DNA from: Hemiscyllium ocellatum | Lineage: Eukaryota | Assembly (NCBI RefSeq): GCF_020745735.1 | Contig: NC_083409.1 | Coordinates: 20,904,098 to 20,968,097, forward strand | DNA length: 64,000 nt | Reading direction: 5' to 3' | In this document: one piece after another, positions 1 to 12,279 of the stretch | Layout: the number at the start of each line of letters is the position of its first letter | How positions within the stretch are numbered: position 1 is the first letter of the stretch | Made by a program: the position numbers and the translations under genes | Notes under the pieces: model-generated | The model's database searches: none | Seen by the model: the letters and a program-made list of their open reading frames with translations, nothing else | What the model was told of the DNA's origin: nothing

Positions 1-39
1 TAGTCACATTAGTAACTGTACTTTTTGACAGAGATGTCA

Positions 40-745
40 AGCAGCACAGGAATAACCAGCTCAGCGTAGGTTTCTAATGGGTCCTCATGTGGAGATGGTG
101 CTGTTATGGAAATGTCACTGGATTACTAATCCAGACCAGGCTAATGCTCTGGCAGCTGCTGGAAGTTAAGAACAATTAATACAATATCGAGATCTAAAAC
201 CTGGTGTCAGGAGTAGTGGCCTTGAAGCCAAAATCTATTGTAAATACCATTTTCCTCCCCCAGTGTACTTTAAGGAAGTGAGTCGCCCGTGCTTTCCTAG
301 TCTGCCTAAAAGTGACTCCAGGTATACAGACTTGTGATACACTCTTCAATGGTCTACGAAATTCCCAAGCAAGGCACTCAATTGTATCAAACCGCTCAAA
401 TTTCTTAAAGGATAAACCGCGTTATAACACCCTGTCCCAGCCTTGTTGTTGGAAATGGGAATGCGAAACACAGTCCTGACGTCCCTGCAGAGACCTCCTT
501 TCGAACGTCTGAGAGCTTGTGACAACATTTGCAGAGCTATCCCCAGACTGCCTGGAAACATCGGGAAAGGAGGATGTCATTCAACTCATTGAGCATCTCC
601 CATTCTAGAGAGTGGAGAAAATCTCCTCATGCGATTTGCCCCGCACAATTTTCATATCACTTAACATGTTTAAGCATCGGGATATATAAAACGGGAATTG
701 CTGTAGTTGCTTTGGTCCATCAGTTTTGATCCCCCATTCAATATA
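40..745 (+). mobile_element. Ancient shark repeat: SINE-like segment followed by the decayed start of an L2/CR1-group LINE ORF2 (AP endonuclease)
   Basis: Degenerate match to the recurrent repeat ctggactagtaatccaga...gtgactccag also seen at 52850-53110 and 55910-56080. 480-560 resembles a remembered LINE ORF2 start (NIWGLVPKLGELSHRL-like). No intact ORF. Confidence 0.45.
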
Positions 746-1364
746 CAGGCAGTTCAGATAACGCATGTTTATTAAACACAACCTGTCTGCAACACAATTC
801 ATGAATTGTGCATCCTCTTTAGAAAGCGAACTCCCATTCACTGTAACGCAATTCCACCCCCGGCACCAGCTGAACAGCAAAACCCAGCCTCAGGATCCTC
901 TATCTGCAAAATGCACTCAGTGTGTTCACTAAAGCAGGAATGTAAGCTGCTCTGCAAGCCTTGAAACTGAGAATGAAACTAGGAATTATAGTCTACAATT
1001 AGAAGGACCTTTATTTCAAACCGGAATACCATGTCAGGATCGTGTGGTCAGTTGGCTCACGCGCTTTCTGGTGAAGAGTTTGGTGAAAGGTACAGTGCTG
1101 AAATAAGTGACTTTAGTGTGAAAGTGTTACATTTATAGCATTGTTTCATTACAATATATGATTTAAAGATTGTCTTCGACTATGCTCGTTGTGTGTTAGA
1201 TTAACTTAAATTTTTGGTTTTTACAGATCTTTTCTGAGGGGTGGTTTGCCCCTTCCCCAAATTTTCCCATAGGCCACATTATTAATATTGCATGATTTTC
1301 TACAACACAGTGTTCCACAGGAATACAACTACCGCGTTATTGCAGAAAAACATGGAATGATATC

Positions 1365-2170
1365 TGATCCTCTATCTTCACACCATAATCCTGCTTTCTG
1401 TCTATCCCTTTAATTTCCAGAAATCCTCATTTATATTCAGTGCCTTGGCTTCCACAGCTTTATGCGCGAGAGAATTCACTAAGTTCAGCAGTCTCTGAAT
1501 GAAGATATTTATTCTCATCTCAAAGCAGAGTGGCCTGTCTGTACCTAATGTTGGGGACTCTTGTTTTTTGACCTCCCAGTCAGAGGAATTATCATCCCTA
1601 CTTCCAATCTGTCTCACCCTGTCAGAATTTTAGATATTTCACTGAGGTCACCGCCCATTTTCCTAAACCCCATGGAATACAGGTCCAGTCGCCCCAGACT
1701 CTGTTCCCACAACAAACCTGTTTCCCAGATATCAGTCTGGTCGTACTTCACTGCCCTGTTACTGATATAAATTGGCTTTATGTCTTTAGTTCCATAAGCT
1801 CCATCTGATCATTTGGTTTTATGGTGATTTTCTGGATCTTCCTCCATGGAAACAGATACAAAGTAACTGGTTATTTTCTTCGCCATTTCCTTGTTCTCCA
1901 TAATAAACTCTCCTCTCCCGTTTACAAATTTCCATATTTGACATTGCTTTTATTTTGTTTCCTTTGAAATATGGATAGTAGATTGATGCAGTTGTTGTGT
2001 ACCTGTTTGTTAGCATATAATTTCTCTTTTGGATTTCCTTATCAGCTTCATGGCGCTCCTTTTCTGGATCAGCAATTTTTGAGGATTCTTAGGTTTCCAC
2101 AATTTCTGGAATTCTTCTGAAGGCACTTCCTATGATTAATACAATATTTAATTTGTTACGTTAACCATCA
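1365..2170 (-). mobile_element. Decayed CR1 LINE fragments
   Basis: Antisense CR1 3' and ORF2-linker phrases (gtgccttggcttccacagc, ccatttccttgttctccataataaactctcc) shared with other CR1 copies in the window. Confidence 0.55.
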
Positions 2171-2659
2171 TTAAGTCAATTGCTCACTCTGTGGTGTTTT
2201 TAAGTTCAAGAAAGAGACGTATTTTTCCGACTTTGCAGTACTTCTATAAAACTCCTGACCCGGACCAGACCTATTCAGGCACTCTGCAGGTGGATAGAGA
2301 AGAAATTAAGGGAGCCCAGGTTGGTACTTTTCCAACTTTGCTGGCCAACGGGTGAGCTCCTGGAGGACTGGAGGATAGCGAATGCTGTGCCCTTATTCAA
2401 GGAGGGCTACAAAGATAAACCTGGGAGCTATAGACCAGTAGGACTAACATCTGAAGTAGATAGCTACTTGAGAAGATTCTGAGACATAAGATATACAGGG
2501 GAAGCTCGATTATCCGATTGAGACGGACGGAGCACTATTTCATGCAAGTAATCGATCATTGGGATAATTGGTCTACTCTGGGGCTTCGAATTTTCTGTGA
2601 AGTCTGCTCCCCATTCAGGAGACAAGACAAAAGTACGCTGCGTGCAAGACCCCAGGCCA

Positions 2660-3210
2660 CGTCTGCTCCGACCCCGCCTTGTCCGCTTCTACCCTGCCCC
2701 ATCCAAGCTCCGCCCACCTCGAACCCTGTCCATTCCCACCCCGCCCCCGCCCGCCCACAACCCCGTCTACTCTCACCCCACGTCCCTGTCTACCCCCACT
2801 CAGCCCCAACCCGCCTGCTCCCACGCCCCCAGCCGCCCTCCCACATCCTCATCCCCTCCCAGCCCGTGCAACTGACTGCCCCCGCCCGCAATCCTGTCTG
2901 TTGCCACCCCAACCCTGCTCCCACCATCCCACAGCGCTGTCCAACGCTACACCCGTCAGCCCTTGCTCATTCCTTTAACCTTCAACACCAATATCGGTCC
3001 CCTAACCCCGCACGCACTACCATTCCCACCCATCAAACAAACCCCATCCACACCCGCACGCCTCTAACCCTGCACCCCCAACCCACAACCACAAACCCAC
3101 ACCCCGAACCATTCCCACACATCTTCGGACTCCCGTCCGCTCCTCCATCCATCTCTAGCCCTGTACTCCCAAACCGGCATCCCCAGCCACCTCCCACAGG
3201 GCAGCCGGAC
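2660..3210. repeat. C-rich low-complexity tract inside the MITE
   Basis: Dense CCC runs with strong C/A strand skew; produces the Pro-rich ORFs in the track. Confidence 0.85.
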
Positions 3211-3225
3211 TGTACACCAACATGA

Positions 3226-3249
3226 CTGCTGCTGCTGCTGCTGCTGCTG
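3226..3249. repeat. (CTG)8 microsatellite
   Basis: Eight CTG units read directly. Confidence 0.95.
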
Positions 3250-4484
3250 TCTTTGTGGGGTAAGTCTTTAAGTATCACACACACACACGTTTTGACCAGA
3301 TCCATTTTTGCTGTGTACAGGACAATATTGGCGCAGTTATCTGGGGAAGGGAGGTTTAGGGTAATCTCCTGTGTATAACTCCAGGGAAATTGTGGAGTGA
3401 GAGAGAGAGAAAAGGCGGGTGGCCAGTCTTTAGAAGATGGTGCCTGGACTGTCTTGGCAGCATTTTAGTGAGACAAGTTTTTTTTAAAAAATCATTGTAT
3501 CTACAAACAAAAGATGCAATCAGATTTGAAAGACAAAATGTTTCTTTCAGGATATTGAGGTCCCCTTCGGATAATTCTGTACATGCACTTGAAAGATAGG
3601 GTTTGATTAGCAGCAGTCAGCATGGTTTTGTGCATGAGAGATCATGTGATTCAAACTTGTTACAGTGCATTGATGAAGTGATGAGGAACAGTGATGTGGG
3701 CAGAATGATATACTTAGTCTATATGGATTTCAGTAAGGCCTTTGATAAGGTTACAGAAGATCAGCTACTGTGGAATGTTTGATTGCCTGGAATCCTGGGG
3801 CAGATGGTAAATTAGATACACAATTCGTTTGGTGGTAGGAAGCAGAGGGTAATCAGCAGTACCTTGATCAGTTGGAGGAGTGGACTGAGGAATAGAAAAT
3901 TCAGTTTAATACAGATCGGTGTCAGTTCTTGCATTTTAGAAAGTCGACTCAAGGTTGGAGTTTCATGGTGAATGGTTGGGTCTTAAGGAGTGTAGTAGAG
4001 CAGTGGAATTCAGGTGCACGGTGCTCTGAAAGTTGATTCACAGGTAGACAGGGCAGTGAAGAAGACTTTTGGTACACTGGCCTTCATCAGTCAGAGCACT
4101 GAGTATCGAAGTTGAGTTACGTCGCAGTTAAACAGGCCACTGGTGAGGCATTATTTGAAGGGTCATGGTCAGTTTTGTTAACTTTGCGATAGGAAGAATG
4201 TTATTAAACTGGAAAGAGTGCACAAGAAATTTACAAGGACATTGCTAAAGTCTTAATGATCTGAGTTTTAGGGAGAGGTTGGACAAGCTAAGACTTTTTA
4301 CTTTAGAGTGTATGAGACTGAGAGGGATCTTGTAGACGCTTAAAACATCACAGGAGGAATGGATAGAGTGAATGCACCCAGTCGTTTCTTCCCAAGTTTG
4401 TTCAACAATGACGGACGAGAGGGTATCAGTTTAAGGTCAGGGGACAAAAATAAAAGGGAACCTGACGAGCAATGATCTCTACAC

Positions 4485-5332
4485 GCAGTAAAAAGTGAGG
4501 TCTGCAGATGCTGGAGATCAGAGCTAAAAATGTGTTGCTGGTTAAAGCGCAGCAGGTCAGGCAGCATCCAAGGAACAGGAAATTCGACGTTTCGGGCAAA
4601 AACCCTTCATCAGGAATGAGGAAAGTGTGTCCAGCAGGCTAAGATAAAAGGTAGGGAGGAGGGACTTGGAGGAGGGGCGATGGAGATGTGATAGGTGGAA
4701 GGAGGTCAAGGTGAGGGTGGTAGGCTGGAGTGGGGTGGGGGCGGAGGGGTCAGGAAGAAAATTGCAAGTTAGGAGGGCGGTGCTGAGTTCAAGGGAATCG
4801 ACTGAGACAAGGTGGGGGGAGGGGAAATGAGGAAACTGGAGAAATCTGAGTTCATCCCTTGTGGTTGGAGGGTTCCCAGGCGGAAGATGAGGCGCTCTTC
4901 CTCCAACCGTCGTGTTGTTATGTTCCGGCGATGGAGGAGTCCAAGGACCTGCATGTCCTTGGTGGTGTGGGAGGGAGAGTTAAAGGGGTGGTTGGGTTGG
5001 TTGGTCCGGGCGTCCCAGATGTGTTCCGTGAAGCGTTCCGCAAGTAGGCGGCCTGTCTCCCCAGTATAGAGGAGGCCACATCGGGTGCAGCGCATGCAAT
5101 AGATGATGTGTGTGGACGTGCAGGTGAATTTGTGGCGGATATGGAAGGATCCCTTGGGGCCTTGGAGAGAGGTAAGGGAGGAGGTGTGGGCGCAGGTATT
5201 GCATTTCCTGTGGTTGCAGGAGAAGGTGCCGGGAGTGGAGGTTGGGTTGGTGGGGAGTGTGGACCTGACTAGGGAGTCACGAAGGGAGTGGTCTTTGCGG
5301 AATGCTGATAGGAGAGGGGAGGGATGCGGCAA
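4485..5332 (-). mobile_element. Penelope-like element: GIY-YIG endonuclease end plus 3' tail
   Basis: ORF 4769-5332 has CTSTHIIYCMRCTRCGLLYTGETGRLLAERFTEH (GIY-YIG pattern) and ERLIFRLGTLQPQGMN. The tail ends ...ctgatctccagcatctgcagac. Confidence 0.9.
4582..4617 (-). ncRNA. Minimal type-I hammerhead ribozyme in the Penelope tail
   Basis: Minus strand reads AUUC-CUGAUGA-A-GGGU-UUUU-GCCC-GAAA-C-GUC-GAAU: intact core, stem II, GUC cleavage triplet, 4-bp stem I. Confidence 0.75.
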
Positions 5333-6879
5333 GGCTGGGAGCTAGGACCTGGTGTGGGACTGGGGCTGGGAGTGGGGGCGGGGTTAGGGGCAGGGGCGGG
5401 GACGGAGATCGACGTAGGGGCGGGGTTAGACGTGGTGACGAAGCATACACGCATCTTGGTATGCATATGGAACGATCTGCCAGGGGAAGTCGTTGAGGTG
5501 GATACATTAACAACATTTAAAAGGCATTTGGACAAGTACACGGGTAGGAAAGGATTAGAAGGATACGGGGCAATGGCAGGGAAATGGGTTTGTGTGAATG
5601 GACATTTTGTTCAGAATGGACCACTTTGAGCTGAAGGACCTGTGTCCGTGCTCCACTTCTCTATGAGTCGAACAACATTGCTTGTCTCCCACTGAATGTT
5701 ATATTGTACTTTCCCAACTTACTGGAGCAAACTTGACCATCTACCCTCCAGCCGTCCATGATGCTTGACCAGAATGTTCACACATTTGATATTGTATGCG
5801 GACGCCATGCAAAATGCACCTTATTAACGTCACTATTCCTCAAAAGCTGCTTCAGAGTAAAGTTAGTAATTCATTTTTCTTCCCACACAACAACAACTCC
5901 GAAATAACCTGCTCTGTAGTTTGGCTCACAACATACACTTCAACCGACCTCATATACACTTATGGAATTTATTTTTCACAGCATGAGCAGTCACTTAGTT
6001 AACATAGTTTAGATCCACTTGAGACCATCCAATAAGACTGCAGTATTCACAATATTTGCATGTGTAATTTCCAGAGCACATGATGTCCGGACTTTCTGCT
6101 ACCGTTTTGGTTTAGATATATAAAACACCAATGTTTACTTCTCCTTGCTATTTGTAATCCCTACATAAACTGATTCTGTGAAAGCTGAGGGACATGGTTT
6201 GTGTCGTTATTAATGATAGACATGGACAAGACATTCGGGGAGGCTCACCTCGACGCTGGGATGATCTGAATAAATGTCCAACAATACAGGACAAGCATGA
6301 ATAATCTTCCTCGCTCTGCCAGGATACGTGTCACTGTATTCTGTCTGCTCCCTCACGCTCACTGTATACCTGTTATAGCACCTACCTGCGAACAAAGCTC
6401 AAGCTCTATCTCCAAATAAGGCTCAGGCACGAACACTCTCACCACTGAATTCAGCAACTTCCTTTCCTCACGTTTTCTGTCACTTATGCAATAGCCGCCT
6501 CACCAATAACACGAATAAATACAACACTGTGGACTGAATCACTCAGGACACCACACCATGTCACCCCACCTGGACGAGCACGAACAGCAGGGCCACCCAC
6601 TCCCACCCTCCCTCCCTTTCTCCCATTCCTGGAGAAACAAGCTGGAATAGGACAGAAAGGGCCAACCCAGTTGGTGGGGTGCCTGATATCTGTTCCATCT
6701 CCCCTCCCCACGCTGTGAGGGGAGGACCTTAGTATGGGCCAAAGAGGACCTGGATGCCTCGAGTGGAGATTCTGAACTATCCACGTCCCACCAACCGAGT
6801 AAGGAGCAATGTTCAGCGAAGGGTAATTCTCACTTTAAACCCTCTGGCAGTTCCAGCGTCAGCTCTCTCTCAAAAAAAA

Positions 6880-7125
6880 GATACCTCACTGCAGAGAGAT
6901 GCAGGCATAGAATTACATAGTAATATTGGTAACTACTCCAATATATTAACATGTACGAAATATACAAGAAGACAAGCATACTCACACATAAAAGCACACA
7001 AAGAGATATATAGTCACACACAATAGAAACAAACACAGATAGAAATACACAGGCTAATACAGAGACAGACGTTGGCAAACAAGTACTCATATAACAAGGT
7101 GATGGACACACACACAGACACTCGT
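6880..7125. repeat. Degenerate CA/AG-rich simple repeat
   Basis: Imperfect units such as acacatag, acaaacacagatag and tacacagg. Confidence 0.6.
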
Positions 7126-7559
7126 CTAATTAAGGCACAAATAGATCAGTTTTTGATTTATAAGGGATCAAGGATTCTAGGCAAAAGGCAGAAGCATATA
7201 AGAAATTATTGAACGGCATATCAGACTCGATGGGTAGAATGGCCGAATTCTGTTCCTTTTCTCATTCTCACGTGGTATTGTGCTATCAAGTATTACTCTC
7301 CTGAGACAGTAGCAGAGGCTGGATTTGATAAATATTTGATTGTAAAGAGACAGTGGGAATGTGGGACAGGTTTGGAGTGCGGAATGGCGTCTGTCTATTC
7401 CTAATTACTGTATCTTTTTCATCTGAAAAGAGGTGGTGATTTGATGTTGGGATAACAAAGCTTAAAATAACGTTTCCCGCAAAGAAACAGTATTGTGCTT
7501 TCTGTGGAGTCCTCCTTCAGGCTGTCAATATAGATTGTAAATAACTGATGCCATCAGAC

Positions 7560-8230
7560 TCATATATGTGGTATTCCAGCAGATACACTTTTATGATAAT
7601 GATCCATTAATCTGACTCTCCGATTTCTATGTGTTAACCAATCTTCATTCCATGCTAATACATTATCCTTCAACGCTGAGCTTCTGTCTTGTGTAAGAAC
7701 TTTTATTTTGTGATACGTTGTGGTAAATCTCTAGAAAGCCTCGTGTATACCAGATCCCCTTTATCAAATCCGCTTGTTACGTTCTCAGGGATCTCCAGAA
7801 ATACTTAGCATGAACTTAAAGGGCAAAATATAATTTCCCATTTCACACTGACTCTGCGAGAAGCTTTTCTCAATCCCCATGCTGGCCAAGTTTTCTAAAC
7901 TAAATTAGCCCCATCTGCTTTCATTTGGCCCACATGCCCCTAAATGTTTCCCATTCATATGTTTGTCCAAATGTCTTTTCAATGTTACGGCTGTACATGC
8001 ATCTGCCACTCTTCCCCTGGAAGCTCATTTCATACACTCACCAGTCTCTGTGTAAAAACGTTGCTCCTGTGTCCCTTATAAATATCCCCCCTTTCACCTT
8101 AAACCTATGCCTTCTATCTTTGAACACCCCCATCCTGTGGAAAAGACCTTGGCTATTCGCCCTATCCATGCCTCCTATGATTTTCTAATTTCTGTAATGT
8201 CACACATCAATCTCCTACACTCCATCTGAT
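7560..8230 (-). mobile_element. Decayed CR1 LINE RT and 3' end fragments
   Basis: ccccctttcaccttaaacctatgccttct and ctattcgccctatccatgcctc match antisense CR1 3' ends elsewhere (e.g. 16090-16200). Confidence 0.7.
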
Positions 8231-8899
8231 ACTAACTTCAAGATCAAGTATATAAAAATAAACATCGCAATTTTGAAACAATGGGAAAAGCGTCTGGGAA
8301 ACAACACACAGTCCAAATTTCATATTGTGATTTGCTTTTCTCCATGTTACAATGTTAAGGTAGCATGAAACATTTACTAGTGCCATAAATGGAGTCAAAC
8401 ACCTGAATTCCTTTTTCTAAATGGGTGATGATCGCTACAGTGAAAACTTGCTTCTAGCCAGATCTACATACATCCACAAAGTTAACATTCACGCTCTTGG
8501 CCTCCCTATGACGATGACGGGTTGTGTCTTCTTCAACTTGCTCTCAAGAGAAGGAAACCTTTACCCCATTCATATCTTAATTTAAACACGTTTTACATCA
8601 TCTTCTCGTTCACCACTGCTAAAATCTGTTGCCACACTCTCTTTCCCCTGTCATCCATCCCCCACCTCTGGCAAGGGATCAAAAGTCCATTTTCAAACCA
8701 TTTTCAATTCTGAATAAGCATTACACTGGACTTGAAACGCTAACTCTGTTCCTGGTCTCTGCAGATGCTGCCAGACCTGTGGAATTTCTCCAGAAATGAA
8801 TAGGAACAGCACAAATGTTCAAGTCAGAAAATAATTATGGATACTGGACATAAAAATGCAAAAATTGTTGGACAGACTGGACAGACAGATTGTTGTAGA

Positions 8900-9620
8900 A
8901 GGGGCCACTGGAAGAATTAAATCGACGATATTACAGATAAAACAGGGTTAACATGTGATGCTAAAAAAAACCCACAGCAGCAGCAGAAGCAGATTTTTAA
9001 AAAATCATTGTGTGTAACTTTATCCCCAGGATAACACCTCAGTCTACTATTACCAACAAGCCAATCCATAGTTAAGTGACGAGTGCGTGTGAACATGCCA
9101 GAGTCAGAACCAATTGTACCTAAACTTGATGATAACTCATTAAAGCTATCACACTTGATTGGTTCCACTCCAAACAGCGGAACTAGCATCTGATGGAGAG
9201 GGAGAATTGATCCCAATTCAAACAGATCAGATCTAACCTTTGCAGTACCGCCACATCCATAGAAAAATGTCAATGGAACATTAAACAACTGACTGGTGGA
9301 GAGGACTCCTGAAATATCCCCATCCAACATAACGGAACAGCCGTGTACATCTGTGTAAAAAACAAGGATGTAGTATCAACACCATCCTCAGCCAGAAGCG
9401 TGATGTTGATGATCCACCTCATCCTCACTATGTTACCCACAGAATCACAGATGCCAGTCTTTAACCGATTCGATTCGCTGCACGTGACACGAAGAAACAG
9501 CTGAACACAAGAGATACGACAAGGCAATGGACCCTGACACCATTTCTGCAATGGAACCGAAGACTTGTGCTGCACAACAAGTCTTCAGTCTGTTTCATTC
9601 CGGATCCAACTCTGACATCT
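8900..9620 (+). mobile_element. Old L2/CR1-group LINE ORF2 fragment (endonuclease-RT linker to RT start)
   Basis: Broken translation WNIKQLTGGEDS*NIPI...ILSQK..VDDP...ITDASL*PIRF..RDTKKQL...AMDPD resembles a remembered shark LINE ORF2. Confidence 0.6.
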
Positions 9621-9714
9621 CCCTGAAAATGTGGAAAATTACTCAGCCACATTTAGTCCCCTAAAAGGGGAATAATTACAATTTGTCCAATTACTACCCC
9701 CTCTGTCCCATCAC

Positions 9715-10720
9715 GATATTCAAACCAAAGGGAGTCATTTCCGACAGATCAAGCAGCACAGAAATAACCTGCTCATTGTGGTTTCTGATAGGTTCCCATG
9801 TGGAGATGGTGCAGTTGTGGAAATGTCACTGGATTGCTAATCCAGACCAGGCCAATCTTCTGACAGCTGGTGGGAGTTAAAAGCAATTAATAAAACAGCG
9901 AGTTGAAAATTCTGGTAAATAGTAGTGACCTTCAAGCCAACTTGTAAACATCAATTTCTCTCCCCAATGTATTTTGAGGAAGTGAATCTCCCGTACTTTC
10001 CTGGTCTGGCCTAAAACTGACTCCGAAATACGGGCATGTGATACACTCTTCACTGGTCTCTAAATTGGCCAAGGAAGACACTCAATAGCATCAAACTGCT
10101 CTGAGGTCTTAAAGGATAAACCCGGATAGAACACTCAGATCAGCGTCAGTATCGGAAAAGGGAAAGGGAAACACAGTCCTGTTGTCCGCGCAGAGACCTC
10201 CTTCTTAACATCTGAGATCTTCTGACAACATTGACAGAGCTTTTCCACAAACTGCACAGAAACATCGGGAAATGAGTAGGCCAATCAACACACTGAGCCT
10301 TCCCCATTCCAGTTCATGGATGAAATCTCCTCAATGCAGTTTTCCTAAGCAATATACATCTACCGCAACGTGATTAACCATCAGAAAAATATAAAATAGG
10401 AACTGCAGTAGTAGAGTGTTTTACCCCTTTCAATGCAATGACAGCTGATCCTTTATCTCCACAGCAAAAGCCTGTTCTTGCCACTCTTTTACTGTCTAGA
10501 AATTCTTGTGTATGATCAGTGCCTTGGTTTCCACAACCTGATCTGGGAGAGAATTCCCTAGGGTCACCACTCTCTGAGGGTAGATATTTATTCTCATCTC
10601 AATGCAGTGTGGCCAGTCTGCACCGAATACTGTGGCCCGTGATTTTAGACATCTCAGCCAGAGCAATTATCATCCGTACTTCCAATCTGCCTCACCCAAA
10701 TGTTAGATGTGTGTTAGGAA
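9715..10720 (+). repeat. Diverged second copy of the composite at 1-1640
   Basis: Colinear similarity with shared idiosyncratic words (gcacag.aataacc.gctca, tgtgatacactcttca.tggtct, aaaggataaacc, attatcatcc.tacttccaatctg). Confidence 0.75.
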
Positions 10721-12279
10721 TAGCTGGGTCCTAATCCCCGATCACTGTGATACATCATGAGCATTCATCTCCAATGAAAGGGTGCTTTTATTCCGGTGAT
10801 TCTGGTTCAAGATCTCCTTTTCTGAAGCTTATAGACTCTGACTTGCTTTTCCCCCCTTGTTTTCTCCCCCTCTCTTTTCTTTCTGTAACTTACTGACCTT
10901 GTAGGTTGGACAGCACTAGCAGTAACGAGAGTCCAAACATGCAGACTTTGAATGGACTCAGGGCATGGCCCTCGAGAGGTCTCAAGGGGAGCACAGTGTA
11001 TGGACCTTGAGCTGGGCCCAGTGCAGAGGAGAGTGTGTCCCTGCTTACTTTTCCCGAGCAAGCACAGGACCTGGAATTGGCGACTGCTACATCAGCACAG
11101 GCAACGTGTGTGAGGTAGGCCCAGTGGAGAAAGGTGTTGCCAGAGGATCGGGGAATTCGCTGTTGATTGGGTGGTGCGTTGGTACTGATGAAGTAGACGA
11201 TCGAAGGGCATCAGGGCAACTTCGATGAGATGGGCACAACAGTAGGAGACATGTCTTTGACATTGGAGGGTCTGGCACTGGGGGTGAAGAGGCGGTGATG
11301 GAAGAGTATTGGCCCAGCGGCAAAGATGGCACTTCAGGATCAGCAACCTCGATGTTGGTGGCCTCTGGTGTAGATGGTGATGAAGCTGATGTCCAGTGAT
11401 GGGGGCTGCAGGTGTCACCGATAGCAAGGAGTTGACTCACGACCCATGGACTTTCTTCTTGCTATATGTTTCTTTTTTTTCAATATTCAGTATTCAAATT
11501 ATTTAAAACGGTGCCAGTGTTATGCAGACATGTCTTGTATTTAACCTGTAAAATACAGTTAGCGATTAAACTCAAAATTGATTTCAAAATATTCCACTCA
11601 TTGTTTCCTGCCAGCTATGCCGTGCTAAGGCCATATCCATACGTTAGCCCCAGTTCCATAAGCTGTAATGTGCACACTAGTTTTGGGACTTAACCGAAAA
11701 CCTTCCAAAAATTCAATTACATTACATCCATTGCTTCACCATAATTGATTAACCAGCCAGTATTTCAAATATGATTCCCATTTCATAATTTTATGCTGAC
11801 GCTGTCTATGTTCATTACATTCAATCCCAATATTTTCTACAAAACCATGTATTTACTAATTTCATTTTATTTTTTTTTCACCTGACTTGGGTTTCCTAGT
11901 CGTGCTGGGAAGTTTTTTTTTGGTTTGTTGATGTTTTCTTCTGTGAGGACAGAACTGAAGTACTTGCTTCACAGTTCCGCCATTTCCCTGTCATCCATTC
12001 TTTATTCTCTGGTTTCAGATTGTAATAACCTGCTATTTTTCATTTAATTTCACAACAACATACTTTTGGAAGCTATTGCAGTTGAGTCGTATAACTTTTA
12101 TTAATACGTGTTTTCAGAACCCAGCAATTCCTGCCTTAGGCTGCATAATGACTACCCTTCCACAATCATACAATCGGAGAAGGAGATATTCTGCACCATC
12201 AGAAATACAGCACAATATACATTATTCCCACATTCCTACATACAGCCTGTAGTCGGGAATGTTATGAGAGTCTGATGCT

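Larger units (their letters stand above)
2496..3579. mobile_element. TA-flanked non-autonomous DNA transposon (pogo/Tigger-like MITE)
   Basis: TA at 2494-2495 and 3580-3581. Left end CAGGGGAAGCTCGATTATCCGA and right end TCGGATAATTCTG (partial inverted repeat). Removing it plus one TA restores CR1 RT sequence. Confidence 0.65.
2200..5680 (+). mobile_element. CR1 LINE (RT to 3' end), interrupted by a MITE and a Penelope-like element
   Basis: RT motifs EDWRIANAVPLFK, YRPVGLTS, VYMDFSKAFDKV. The text resumes across the insertions: aagataTA...TAcatgcacttgaaag, and again near 5450 with the CR1 3' end (TLTTFKRHLDKY). Confidence 0.8.

Noticed and set aside
2518-3225. 235-aa Pro-rich ORF
   Set aside because: By-product of a C-rich low-complexity tract that lacks stop codons.
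5345-5435. Telomere-like GGGTTAG words in a G-rich patch
   Set aside because: Only two isolated words in low-complexity G-rich sequence at a TE junction; not a TTAGGG array.
6054-6125. Octamer ATTTGCAT with downstream TATA-like and kB-like motifs as an Ig promoter
   Set aside because: No leader or V exon follows. The three octamers I noticed in 64 kb (6054, 28009, 57199) are about what chance predicts.
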